Assembly: GCF_001194135.2 (NCBI RefSeq)
Contig: NC_069001.1
Coordinates: 21,155,553-21,191,626 of the forward strand
Direction of reading: 5' to 3'
Length of the DNA stretch: 36,074 bases
From: Octopus bimaculoides
Lineage: Eukaryota
In this document: in pieces, positions 24,452 to 35,134 of the stretch
How positions within the stretch are numbered: the stretch's first letter is position 1
Layout of the letters: every line of letters begins with the position of its first letter
The notes under the pieces: generated by a model
The model's database searches: none
What the model was told of the DNA's origin: nothing
Seen by the model: the letters and a program-made list of their open reading frames with translations, nothing else
Position numbers and translations under genes: made by a program

Positions 24452-24680
24452 TCTCTCAGCATGCATTCAAGTATTTGGACTCACGTGGACCGGTTTCTGG
24501 ACTGGCATCATAGCCTAACCTTCCTCAGCATGCGTTACCATGATAAAGAGCCCCAACCCGACGTGTTGAAGTTTGCGCTGCAACTGATTCCTTTTGCACC
24601 GAAATCATGGCAGTCAACAGTGAGAAAACAACTTCAATACGGTCCACGTGAGTTCAAATACATGAATGTATGCTGAGAGA
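24452..24680. mobile_element. MITE-like element with 41-bp terminal inverted repeats
   Basis: tctctcagcatgcattcaagtatttggactcacgtggaccg / cggtccacgtgagttcaaatacatgaatgtatgctgagaga, 3 mismatches; no TSD seen. Confidence 0.75.
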
Positions 24681-24969
24681 TTGTCTTAGCCCGTTTGCTT
24701 TCGGACGATTGATTTCTGTAGTTATTATCAATGTATTTTGGCGATTTAGATAAGAGTTTAGACTGTTTTTTCCAGCAGATAGACATACTTAGTATGTAAT
24801 TTGATTAGTTTTAATCCTTCAGCTATTTAATGCTTTTCTGGGGGCCTGCAATCGCATATTTTATTGATTCTCTTAATATCATTTTTAATAACAGATAATA
24901 ACTGAGTCAATGATATCTTAGCAAATTATATTTTTGTGAATTATTTTTTACTCGTGAAATATTTGTTCA

Positions 24970-25000
<31 letters not shown>

Positions 25001-25383
25001 NNNNNNNNNNNNNNNNNNNNNNNNNNNNNNNNNNNNNNNNNNNNNNNNNNNNNNNNNNNNNNNNNNNNNNNNNNNNNNNNNNNNNNNNNNNNNNNNNNNN
25101 NNNNNNNNNNNNNNNNNNNNNNNNNNNNNNNNNNNNNNNNNNNNNNNNNNNNNNNNNNNNNNNNNNNNNNNNNNNNNNNNNNNNNNNNNNNNNNNNNNNN
25201 NNNNNNNNNNNNNNNNNNNNNNNNNNNNNNNNNNNNNNNNNNNNNNNNNNNNNNNNNNNNNNNNNNNNNNNNNNNNNNNNNNNNNNNNNNNNNNNNNNNN
25301 NNNNNNNNNNNNNNNNNNNNNNNNNNNNNNNNNNNNNNNNNNNNNNNNNNNNNNNNNNNNNNNNNNNNNNNNNNNNNNNNNNN

Positions 25384-25820
25384 GAATTGTTAGAAAGGAT
25401 CACAAAAGCACAGCTCCCAAAATTACTGCAGAGCTTAATAACCACCTCGAGAACCCAGTTTTCACAAAAACTGTTCCCTGGGAGCTGCACAAAGACGGAT
25501 TTCACGGGACTCCGTCACATTTTCAAAAACAAATGTTGCAAAGCGCTTAGAGTGGAGTAAAAGCCTTAAAGAATTGGTTCCTAGAATAGTGGAAAAGTGT
25601 TATTTTCTCGGATGAGTCATCCTTTATCTTATTTCCGACCACCGGCCGAGTATACGTATGGAGACAGCCAAAAGAAGCATTTGACCCAGACTGCCTTCTT
25701 CCAACTGTTAAACATGGAGGAGGATATGTGATGATCCGGGGGTGGGGGCTATATCTTGGAAATATGCCGGCCCAATGGTTTCCCTTCATGGCAGAATTAA
25801 TAGTGAAGACTATTTAAGCA
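25384..25820 (+). mobile_element. Tc1 transposase fragment (second family)
   Basis: RKDHKSTAPKITAELNNHLENPV.., WKSVIFSDESSFILFPTTGRVYVWRQPKEAFDPDCLLPTVKHGGG..; ends at the repeat starting 25821. Confidence 0.9.
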
Positions 25821-26754
25821 TTGGATATTAACTAATATCAATTTAATACCAGGGAACAAGCACATTAAAAGAATCAGGGAGATTGCATTTTTCATGTATT
25901 TTTAATGTATTTTTTATGTAATTTTTTATGTAATTCTCACTGGTCTTGCCCGATTACATTTTTGTTATTTCGCTAAATTCCCTTTGAGAATTATTCGGGC
26001 TTAGTAGACACATGACATGTGATCTTCTTCTAGCACATTAGCAGTCCACCTAGTGGCCTCCTTTATATATATTTTTATATATACATATACAATAATCCTT
26101 TGAGATCTCAGATATTTTTTCTGAATCTCCTTGATTCTTTTAATGTGCTTGTTCCCTGGTATTAAATTGATATTAATTAATATCCAGTTTTTTTTACCCT
26201 ATTGTTTAATTTAATTAACCATAACCAAATTCTCAAAGTTGGTATATTCGATGCTGAAATATTTTTCTGCGGAGATATTTCCGGATTTAGCGCGCAAAAA
26301 CGAAGCCTTTTGAATCTTACCATAAATATAATTTAATAGAACCGTATACGCGTGCTCCACGTGTGGCGTACAAATAGTATGTGATCGTGTAAATTGTATC
26401 TATCCAACGGTCTGTACTGATGAGAAACAGATATTTTCGGTAAGAAAGTATTAATTTCGAAGCATGTTTACAGATAATTGTACTTTTTATGTAATTTTCA
26501 CTGATCTTGCCCGATTACGTTTTTGTTAACTCGCTAAATTCCCTTTGAGAATTATTCGGTCTTAGTAGACACATGACATGTGATCTTCTTCTAGCACATT
26601 AGCAGACCACCTAGTGGCCTCCTTTATATATATTTTTATATATACATATACAATAATCCTTTTCTGAATCTCCCTGATTCTTTTAATGTGCTTGTTCCCT
26701 GGTATTAAATTGATATTAATTAATATCCAATTTTTTACCTTATTGTTTAATTTA
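25821..26754 (+). mobile_element. PLE-type pseudo-LTR arrangement (inverted piece plus two direct repeats)
   Basis: Direct repeats 25923-26213 and 26484-26754; 25821-25884 is the reverse complement of 26667-26730 (1 mismatch in 64); hammerhead in the spacer. Confidence 0.75.
26411..26474 (+). ncRNA. Type I hammerhead ribozyme fold (A15.1->G variant)
   Basis: Stem I TCTGTA/TACAGA; CTGATGA 26417-23; stem II GAAA..GATATTTTC-ggtaa-GAAAGTATT..TTTC; GAAG 26459-62; loopless stem III GCATGT; H17=U. Confidence 0.8.
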
Positions 26755-27643
26755 TATATATATANNNNNNNNNNNNNNNNNNNNNNNNNNNNNNNNNNNN
26801 NNNNNNNNNNNNNNNNNNNNNNNNNNNNNNNNNNNNNNNNNNNNNNNNNNNNNNNNNNNNNNNNNNNNNNNNNNNNNNNNNNNNNNNNNNNNNNNNNNNN
26901 NNNNNNNNNNNNNNNNNNNNNNNNNNNNNNNNNNNNNNNNNNNNNNNNNNNNNNNNNNNNNNNNNNNNNNNNNNNNNNNNNNNNNNNNNNNNNNNNNNNN
27001 NNNNNNNNNNNNNNNNNNNNNNNNNNNNNNNNNNNNNNNNNNNNNNNNNNNNNNNNNNNNNNNNNNNNNNNNNNNNNNNNNNNNNNNNNNNNNNNNNNNN
27101 NNNNNNNNNNNNNNNNNNNNNNNNNNNNNNNNNNNNNNNNNNNNNNNNNNNNNNNNNNNNNNNNNNNNNNNNNNNNNNNNNNNNNNNNNNNNNNNNNNNN
27201 NNNNNNNNNNNNNNNNNNNNNNNNNNNNNNNNNNTGTAAAACATTCAATTCACTGGTACGTCAGTTAAATACCACATAAATATGGGTATAATGCAAATTA
27301 TGAGCAATAAATTAAATAGAGAGACAAAATTGACAATCCGATAATTTATTTATATTATAATATAACATGAATAAACGATTATTTAACCCCCCCCCCAAAA
27401 AAAAAGGTAATAACGTGTTTCGGCTTATATACATTTTTTGATATATAAACAATTCAATTCCCTTATAAGTCACATGAGGGCAATAGTACGTAGATAGACG
27501 AAATTCCTTGTGAAAGAATTGCTGTATTGTAAACAAAAATTGTTCAAATGCCTATGTATTATGAGCATGAGTGTTAGCCGTTCAACTACATATCCGTTAC
27601 ATTAAAGATTAAAAAAAAACAAAAAGCATGATTGGAGCTTCTT

Positions 27644-27865
27644 TACTTCTTTTTTACTTCTTTTACTTGTTTCAGTCATTTGACTGTGGCCATGCTGGAG
27701 CATCGCCTTTAGTCGAGCAAATTAACCCCAAGTCTTATTCTTTGTAAGTCTAGTACTTATTCTATCGGTGTCTTTTGTCGAACCACTAAGTTACGGATAC
27801 TTAAACACACCACCATCGGTTGTCAAGCGATGTTGGGGGGACAAACACAGACACACAAACATATA

Positions 27866-27913
<48 letters not shown>

Positions 27914-28078
27914 CGATGGGCTTCTTTCAGTTTCCGTTTACCAAATCCACTCACAAGGCTTTGGTCGGTCCGAGGCTATAGTAGAAGACACTTGCCCAAA
28001 GTGACACGCAGTGGGAATGAACCCTGAACCATATGGTTGGTAAGCAAGCTACTTACCACACAGTCACTCCAGCGCCTA
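27644..28078 (-). mobile_element. Full-length SINE family B with internal (CA)/(TA)
   Basis: tRNA-like head at the 28078 end, internal microsatellite, tail cagtcaaatgactgaaacaagtaaaagaagta. Confidence 0.93.
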
Positions 28079-28084
28079 TTTTTA

Positions 28085-29130
28085 ATAGAAAGCAATGAAG
28101 AGGAGGTCAATTTAGTTTAAGAACTCAACCGGATTATTGACTACTTTCGATTCATGAACAACAGAGTCTATAGATTTATAAGTATGTTCGTTTTCTAGTA
28201 AACGTTTCACGAATCATTCATTTAAATAATTCACTGTAAAGTTCTTTGGTGACAAGATTGCTCTTTCGCACAACCAAGCAACATTTGTATAATTTGAAAT
28301 TATACCTGGAGAAACTTTTTCAATAAATTCATCAAGCGAGCTGACCAAGGTGCAGATTTTTGATGGATTCAAGTCACCTTCATGATTGATATCTAGCCTT
28401 CCTTCTCCAAGTTGCATAATAGCATGTGCCCTCATATTTGTAGAAAGCTTTAGCACTTTGATATGTTTCCATAAAACAGAAATTTCCCAACATGCTTTCA
28501 ATTCATCCGCCTTTGTTCCCCTAGGAATCACTTGCAAAGTTTGTCTGAAATCTCCTGGAAGTACCACTGGCACACCTCTCATCAAACAATTAGAATTGCA
28601 TAAATCCTGCAGCATTCTGTTAACAGCATTTACTGATTTTTTTTTATGGAGCGACATTGTAGCTTCGTGCCATATGATTAAAGAACATTTCATGAGAACT
28701 TGAGCTAAAGAACTAATATTACAGACAGGTTCATCATTTGAAGTTATACTGAATGGGAGCTCGAATGCTGCATAAGCTGATCGACCTCCTGGAAGTAAAG
28801 TCAAGGCAATTCCAGAGCTCGCTAGAGCTAAGACTCTACTCCCTGGAGCGAAGGCGGGAGAGATATGCAATAATATACATCTGGAAGATCCTGGAAGGGT
28901 TTGTGCGAAATTTTGGCATTTAAAGCTACACAAATACTAGAATGGGTCACCTCTGTACAGTGCCAAAGATCTCAACAATGCCGTCACGCTTCAGGACCAG
29001 TTGCTGCAACAGCTTGGGTTTCAAGACCCACAACTTTTTAATACTCTCCCAAAGAGCCTGAGAGACCGACAGCAAATGAGGGCAGCGACATCAAAGTCCT
29101 TTATTCACCAAATTCCACATATCAAAGGAG
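28085..29130 (-). mobile_element. Helitron RepHel Pif1-helicase fragment, decayed
   Basis: [28 protein letters not shown] (Walker B D->H), [37 protein letters not shown]; Walker A unrecognisable. Confidence 0.9.
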
Positions 29131-29680
29131 GCTCTCAATAATAATAATAGTGTAGAAAACATAGCCGCAGCTTTGAGCTGTAACCAATAAAACAGAAAGT
29201 GGTAAGTTAATCCGATAAAAATTATATCCCTTAAAACCTCCATTTATTTATTGTTAATTTGGAAGTGGTGCATAAAAATTAAAATTAATTTCCTTAGAGC
29301 CTTCATTTATATTTGAAATGCAATTTTGTACATGCTGGAAAAGGGCCAGTAGCTTCCTTCGGGACCACTTCCATTGTCTTCGTCGTGAAATTTTACACAC
29401 GAATAAACTTTTAGATTTTATATCCACGCTGTAGTTTTTCTTCCTATAGGCGGACAAACACACACTGAGACATCGATTTTTATTATACAGTTACACATAC
29501 ACACATGCACACACACACACACATACACACAGACACACACATGCACACACATACACACACACTTTCACACATTCTCACACGCACACATATATATACTCGT
29601 ATATAACTGTGACCATCAACTGTTTCATAAAGATATATATAGGTGTATATACACATACATACATATATATAAACACACAC

Positions 29681-29725
<45 letters not shown>

Positions 29726-29973
29726 CACACACACGAGTTTGCATGTGTGTGTTATTATTGTCGTCTCAATATGAATGCATGCAAAAGTGAAAGCAGTGTT
29801 TTTTCTAAATTGTGATTGTGTCTGTTTAACTGAAGATTCTTGGGTACCTATACATCACACTTCCACTTTTATGATATAAGCTGTTGACTTGAGTTGATGG
29901 CTGCAGCTGTCAATCTTAAATTAGTGAACTTATTCGTTAACTAATGAAAAAATATTCCTTACCCCAGATTTCA

Positions 29974-30057
29974 ATGCGTTTTCCTTTGCATGCGTTTTCC
30001 TTTGCATGCGTTTTCCTTTGCATGCGTTTTCCTTTGCATGCGTTTTCCTTTGCATGC
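29974..30057. repeat. Perfect 16-bp minisatellite, 5.25 units
   Basis: (atgcgttttcctttgc)x5 + atgc, no mismatches, no spacers. Confidence 0.97.
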
Positions 30058-31060
30058 TAGTAAGCCTCGAATCATACTAATGTCATACTATGTGAACGCA
30101 GTTAAAGTTATTTGTAGATACAACATTGGTCGGCATTCTTCTCTTAACCAAAATGACTGCAATGAATATCACTATGTGATCTCCATTCCTGTAATATCCT
30201 ATAGTCTAGAAAATTAATTCCCTGATGCTCTGAAATGTAAGTCTCAGGACGTTGTTTCACTTGCTTTAGATGTATTGCGTACAAAACAACAATAAATCCA
30301 ATACGAATAATGTTAACTTTGATGTAGACTTTTCAAAAGCAGAAAAAAATCCATTATATATCTAGAATACGTGTGCAATAGGCTTTGCTCGCAAAAAAGT
30401 CAATGAAAAGAAAGATTAGACAGCAAGGAGGTAACTATATTAATGTTTATTATTTACGGTCAGAAGATTTAATGTTTTACGCCAGATTCTATTACACATG
30501 TATTCTTGATATAAATGGATATATTTTGCTTTGAAATATAAGAATTCACTAAATCTACTGCAAAGTTAACATTATACGCAGTGCATTTGTGGCTAGTACC
30601 GTATCTGATTTAAACTATCAAATCAACCAGTCATAAAGCTCTGCATCACGATCTTCTCAAAATACAACGAAGGAACATCACACATAAAACAGAGATTGAG
30701 CCTAAAGTATCTCAATACCCTTGTAGCATTCACTAAATAATATTTTATTCATAAATAAAGTTTCATGAACAGTCACGCACACACAAACACAGAAACCTAC
30801 TATGTGCATAAAGTAACACATTTATCAACTCAGTGAAGTTGTGTCTATCTGTTAAAATTTATGTTGTGCAGACTTCAAACCTAAGAACATAAAAGTTAAA
30901 ATAAAGTCAGATTTATAGATCGATTAATGGATTGTGGGATACATAGTTGTACTAACATATTGAGATACAATCTAATAAGAATATGTAGATGATGATGATC
31001 ATACTTATTCCTTAGGAGAGAAACACAGACGCATCTGTGTGTATGTACCTGCATGCATCT

Positions 31061-31265
31061 CTTTTACTCTTTTACTCTTTTACTTGTTTCAGTCATTTGA
31101 CTGCGGTCATGCTGGAGTACCGCCTCTAGTCGAAGAAATCGATCCCAGGACTTATTTTTTGTAAGCCTAGTACTTATTCTATCGGTGTCTTTTGCCGAAC
31201 CGCTAATTGACGGGGACCTAAACACACCAACATCGGTTGTCAAGCGATGTTGGGGGACAAACACT

Positions 31266-31308
<43 letters not shown>

Positions 31309-31324
31309 ACACACACACACACAC
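31061..31324 (-). mobile_element. SINE family B 3' half
   Basis: Matches 27654-27900; runs through (CA)n into gap 31325-31469. Confidence 0.92.
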
Positions 31325-31469
31325 NNNNNNNNNNNNNNNNNNNNNNNNNNNNNNNNNNNNNNNNNNNNNNNNNNNNNNNNNNNNNNNNNNNNNNNNNNNN
31401 NNNNNNNNNNNNNNNNNNNNNNNNNNNNNNNNNNNNNNNNNNNNNNNNNNNNNNNNNNNNNNNNNNNNN

Positions 31470-31535
<66 letters not shown>

Positions 31536-31760
31536 TTTAAAAAGGATTGACGTAACTCTTCACAAAGGTAAACATATCTACAGAGAAAATTTGATGGAAT
31601 ACTTTTGTTTGACCACTTTTCGAAGGCATCCATGCATGCTTCTACCCTTTCATCGTGGTCAACAGGGAGATATAAAGAAGAAGTATCCATGGTTACCAAC
31701 AAACAGTTCTCGATACGGCTTCGGTGCTTAAAAAAGCTGTTGATTTTAGATACAAAATCA
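31536..31760 (-). mobile_element. PLE RT fragment (motif 3 region, Neptune-like)
   Basis: DFVSKIN..ENCLLVTMDTSSLYLPVDHDERVEAC; abuts (TTA)n 31470-31534. Clade label tentative. Confidence 0.7.
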
Positions 31761-32101
31761 AATCCATACTTGGTGCGTGTTGTTAATACGTCCAGGAACG
31801 CTAGCTGAATATGTTCTTCCTTTTTCATTGTGAACTGTATAGATGGCTTTATTGAGTTCACATGATCTAACAGCACTTGGACATCTCCCTGGTGGGGCTA
31901 GAGTATACTTCAGTATGGACGCTGATATATATCGATAACAAGTGGGTTTAGCTATGGGTTCGCCATTGTCACCGATAATAGCCAATATATATGGAATACT
32001 TTGAGTATTTGGCTCTAGGATCAACACCACGAAAATCAACCCTATGGCTGCGATATGTTGATGACACCTTTATACTCTGGTACCACCAGGAAGATGTCCA
32101 A
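31761..32101. mobile_element. PLE RT fragment (Poseidon/Penelope-like) with internal inversion
   Basis: Plus 31898-32101: GLAMGSPLSPIIANIY/MEYFE..LWLRYVDDTFILWYHQEDVQ. Minus 31895-31761: HQGDVQVLLDHVNSIKPSIQFTM..LAFLDVLTTRT. Confidence 0.88.
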
Positions 32102-32117
32102 AAATTCACTCCATAAT

Positions 32118-32447
32118 TGCCCACGGGCATATGGCGTAGTGGTTAAAAGCGCGGGCTACTAACCCCAAGGTTCCGAGTTCGATTCCAGGCCGTGACCTGA
32201 ATAATAATAATAATAATAATAATGATGATGATGATGATGATGATAATAATAATGATAATAATAACAATAATAATAATAACATCGAAAAATACCTTAGGAA
32301 TGAGAACCCAGGTTCGAAATTTTCCCAAGACACCTGATGAAAGCTGGAGGGTATATCAGCCGAAACATTGTGTTAACAACAAACAAGATGACAAATATCC
32401 GTCAAAGGTAAATAATGTACATAATTCCTCATCTCTTAAATATAGAA
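32118..32447 (+). mobile_element. tRNA-headed, hammerhead-containing short element (copy 2)
   Basis: Consensus A box tggcgtagtgg 32132-42, B box gttcgattc 32177-85, (AAT/GAT)n ~32200-32280, hammerhead 32329-74. Confidence 0.85.
32329..32374 (+). ncRNA. Minimal type I hammerhead ribozyme
   Basis: Stem I GACAC/GTGTT; CTGATGA 32334-40; stem II GCTG-gagggtatat-CAGC (closing pair damaged); GAAAC 32362-66; ATT, probably from GTT giving palindromic AACGTT. Confidence 0.82.
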
Positions 32448-32464
32448 TAGTAGAAAGCGTCTAG

Positions 32465-33510
32465 TTTTTTTTATTATTCAGGGAGGTTGTGACGCTCGCT
32501 AAGTTATGCTTAAAGTTATAACCTATCCTTATTATTCTACTATTTCCAAGTTTAGAATACCTGTTATTCTTATCAAAGTGCTTATTCATAATGTTAAATT
32601 GGTCTTTATTTGCATCGCAAATGGGAGTATGAGCCAGATCATGTCTCTCAATTTACCGGTAATCTTGCCGAACGATATGTTTACAATTGTTAGGGTATTG
32701 CGCATGGTGTATATATATATTATCATTAGTTCTATCATCAAGGTCATGCGTATTTATATCGCAATTAGTGGTGCTAGGACTAGGTTTACGCCGGTAGTAT
32801 TTTGAGTTGTTCCTGCGGTCTTTGTTACTTTTGTCTTTTTGATTGGTGCGTTTATTAGCACCATTCATCCTTCGTCCAGTTCCCCTCGTTATTTCACCTG
32901 TTGTATTTCTGTTATTCTTATAGTTACTCATATTGTCACTAAATCCTGTTCCATTAGTGTCGTGAACTATAGTTTCGTGTGCTTTATTACATCACTAAGG
33001 GGTATGGCCATCTACTGTATTGTTGCAGTGAATATGGTCGTCACTACTTTTCATTTCATGCTCGTGTTAGATATATTTGATTCTAACTTTATAGCCTGCA
33101 TCTTTAAGTGCCTTGTCGTACTTATCTTTATGACTATTAAATAGGTCCCCATTAGAACAGAGATAAGAAATTCTTTTGATAATGCTTCTTATTAGAACTC
33201 TTTTTACAGATTGTGGATGGTTACTTTGATAGTTAGTATACTTTAAGTTAGAGTTAGGTTTCATGTAAGATTGGTGTAAACCCATATTTAAATTACAATT
33301 AACGTCTAGGTAGTTGATAGAGTAGTTTTCATTTTCTATAGTAATAGAGAGGCCGAATCTATTAAATAATTCATACAGACGTTTCTTAAGTAGTTCAAGG
33401 CGTCTATTAGAGGTGCTTCTAATTAGAAAAAGTGCGTCATCCCTGTAGAGGGACCCCACAAAATTCAGGGAATTCCTTGTTGATTTTGTCTTATAGGTAT
33501 ATTCCCACAA
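32465..33510 (-). mobile_element. Second Naiad-type PLE, 5'-truncated, RT end and linker
   Basis: SLYRDDALF, NYLDVNCNL, YMKPN..YTNYQSNHP, KRISYLCSN, ALKDAGY, IWLILPFAMQIKTN, NKHF..IRIGYNFKHNL; frameshifted. Confidence 0.88.
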
Positions 33511-33518
33511 GGTCGGTC

Positions 33519-34034
33519 AAATATTATTATTTCTAAATCTCTCTAAAGGAGAGATACAGCTGCAGTACTGGGTATTAATATTTATCGCCAAGCTAACGTG
33601 ACAGTCCAGAGAAATAAGACGAATGCTGCCATTAAGTAACTCCAAGAGGACATCGCTTCTAGTTAGCTATGTGACACACAAATCTGCGCCCATAACACCT
33701 TCAAACAGGGGAGGTCATCAACTTCCCCTTGCTGGTTTAGCATATACAGACCGGTTTCGGGGTGTTTGCTTCTTATCAATGTGGAGTTTCTAAACTCAGC
33801 AGGCGTCTCCGTTGACCGTCTGTTCGAAGGTTTATTTATATATATTCAGTGGAACACATTCACTGATTTTCAAAAATAGAAATATTATTATTTGTAAATC
33901 TCTCTAAAGGAGAGATACCGCAGCAGTACTGGGTATTAATATTGATCACCAAGCTAACATGGCAGTCCAGAAAAATAGGACGACTACTGCCGTTAATTAG
34001 CTCCAAGAGGCCATCGCTTCTAGCTAGCTATGTG

Positions 34035-34035
<1 letters not shown>
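33519..34035 (-). repeat. 156-bp direct repeats, period 361 bp (PLE pseudo-LTR/tandem unit)
   Basis: 33519-33674 and 33880-34035 align without indels; they abut the truncated Naiad ORF and (TA)n. Confidence 0.9.
33746..33782 (-). ncRNA. Decayed minimal hammerhead
   Basis: Minus: ACA-TTGATAA-GAAG-caaaca-CCCC-GAAAC-CG-GTC-TGT; palindromic stem III ACCGGT and GUC site intact, core has two transitions. Confidence 0.7.
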
Positions 34036-34075
<40 letters not shown>

Positions 34076-34132
34076 TCTATATGAAATTAATATGAACAGC
34101 AAATTGCAATGTTTCACCAAAAAGGAGAATTA

Positions 34133-34524
34133 CAAATGTCACTGAATGCAACGAGGGTGTTAGGAAACACCTACATTGCTAGGAATAAGAGCTAAACCAC
34201 TCTCATGGTGTAGTTAACGGACATGAATGAAAATATATACACTAACAGGGAGCACGATCGTCTGAAAAGCGTCGGTCGAGAATTCTTAATACTGACTCGT
34301 CAGTTTCGGCAATTTTCGTCGCCTCAACAGTTAAGCCAGCTCGACTATCGAAACTGACGCGTCAGCATTAACAGTTCTCGACCGGCACTTTTCAGACGAT
34401 TATGATCCTTGTTAGTGCATATGTTTTCCTTTATGTGCGTTAAGTACAGCATTAAAGCATTTTAGCTCTTATTTCTAGCAATGTAGGTGTTTTCTAACAC
34501 CCGAGTCACATTTAGGGACATTTA
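34133..34524. mobile_element. Foldback with ~175-bp arms, PLE-type inverted structure
   Basis: 34133-34307 mirrors 34349-34524, TA on both sides; hammerhead spans the left arm end and spacer. Confidence 0.88.
34285..34335 (-). ncRNA. Type I hammerhead fold (A6->U variant)
   Basis: Minus: CTTAA-CTGTTGA-GGCGA-cgaaaa-TTGCC-GAA-ACTGAC-ga-GTCAGT-A-TTAAG; all three stems pair, GUA site. Confidence 0.8.
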
Positions 34525-35134
34525 TATATATATACTCAAACATAATCTTATGTATATACTCGTAAAGCATTTTGTAATGTTTATGGAAAAGTTTCCATCT
34601 CAGTGGAAATACAGCCAATTTTTTTATATATACAACAACTCCTAATTTTGCTAATAATATTAATGCATTAATTAATTAATCTAAATGAAATTAATTGAAA
34701 TTAAATTAATTTAAAAGCTATGTTTACTCAAATCATCAGAAATTTTGTGTTACGTTAATCAGAAAAGCGTCAGTGGTTTAAATTGATTGGTATTTAAGCT
34801 GATAAACGGTGTCTTTATTAACATAAAACATCATTCCTGATGATGTGGATGAACATATCATTTAAGTTAATTAAATTTAAATTAATTAAATTAAAATTAA
34901 TTAATCTTGTCTGAAAATTCAAAATTCTGTAATTATACATCTGAAGATATTTATCTTTGTGAAACAGGTGTTGATCACAATTAAGGTGTGAAATTTATTC
35001 TTTTCTCCAATCATGCTAAATATGTATCTCTAAAAAATTGTTTTAGTCGAATATATATACACGAGGGTAAGTAAAAATTTACCCGTTCTTTCCCCGTAAC
35101 ATATCTTTATTATTGTCACACTGCCTTCTGTGCC

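Noticed and set aside
28214-28933. Host PIF1 helicase gene
   Set aside because: Intronless, Walker A destroyed, Walker B D->H, small deletions, flanked by repeats; fits a dead Helitron.
29974-30057. CRISPR-like array
   Set aside because: Contiguous identical units without spacers, eukaryotic context, no cas genes.
32125-32197. Functional tRNA-Ser(ACT) gene (also 163-235)
   Set aside because: Acceptor and anticodon stems pair poorly, there is no long variable arm, and it is embedded in a repeated element; treated as a tRNA-derived head.
34837-34870. CTGATGA motif (also 15145 and minus 10500, 11005, 12461)
   Set aside because: No correctly placed GAAA and stems; several lie in TE coding remnants.
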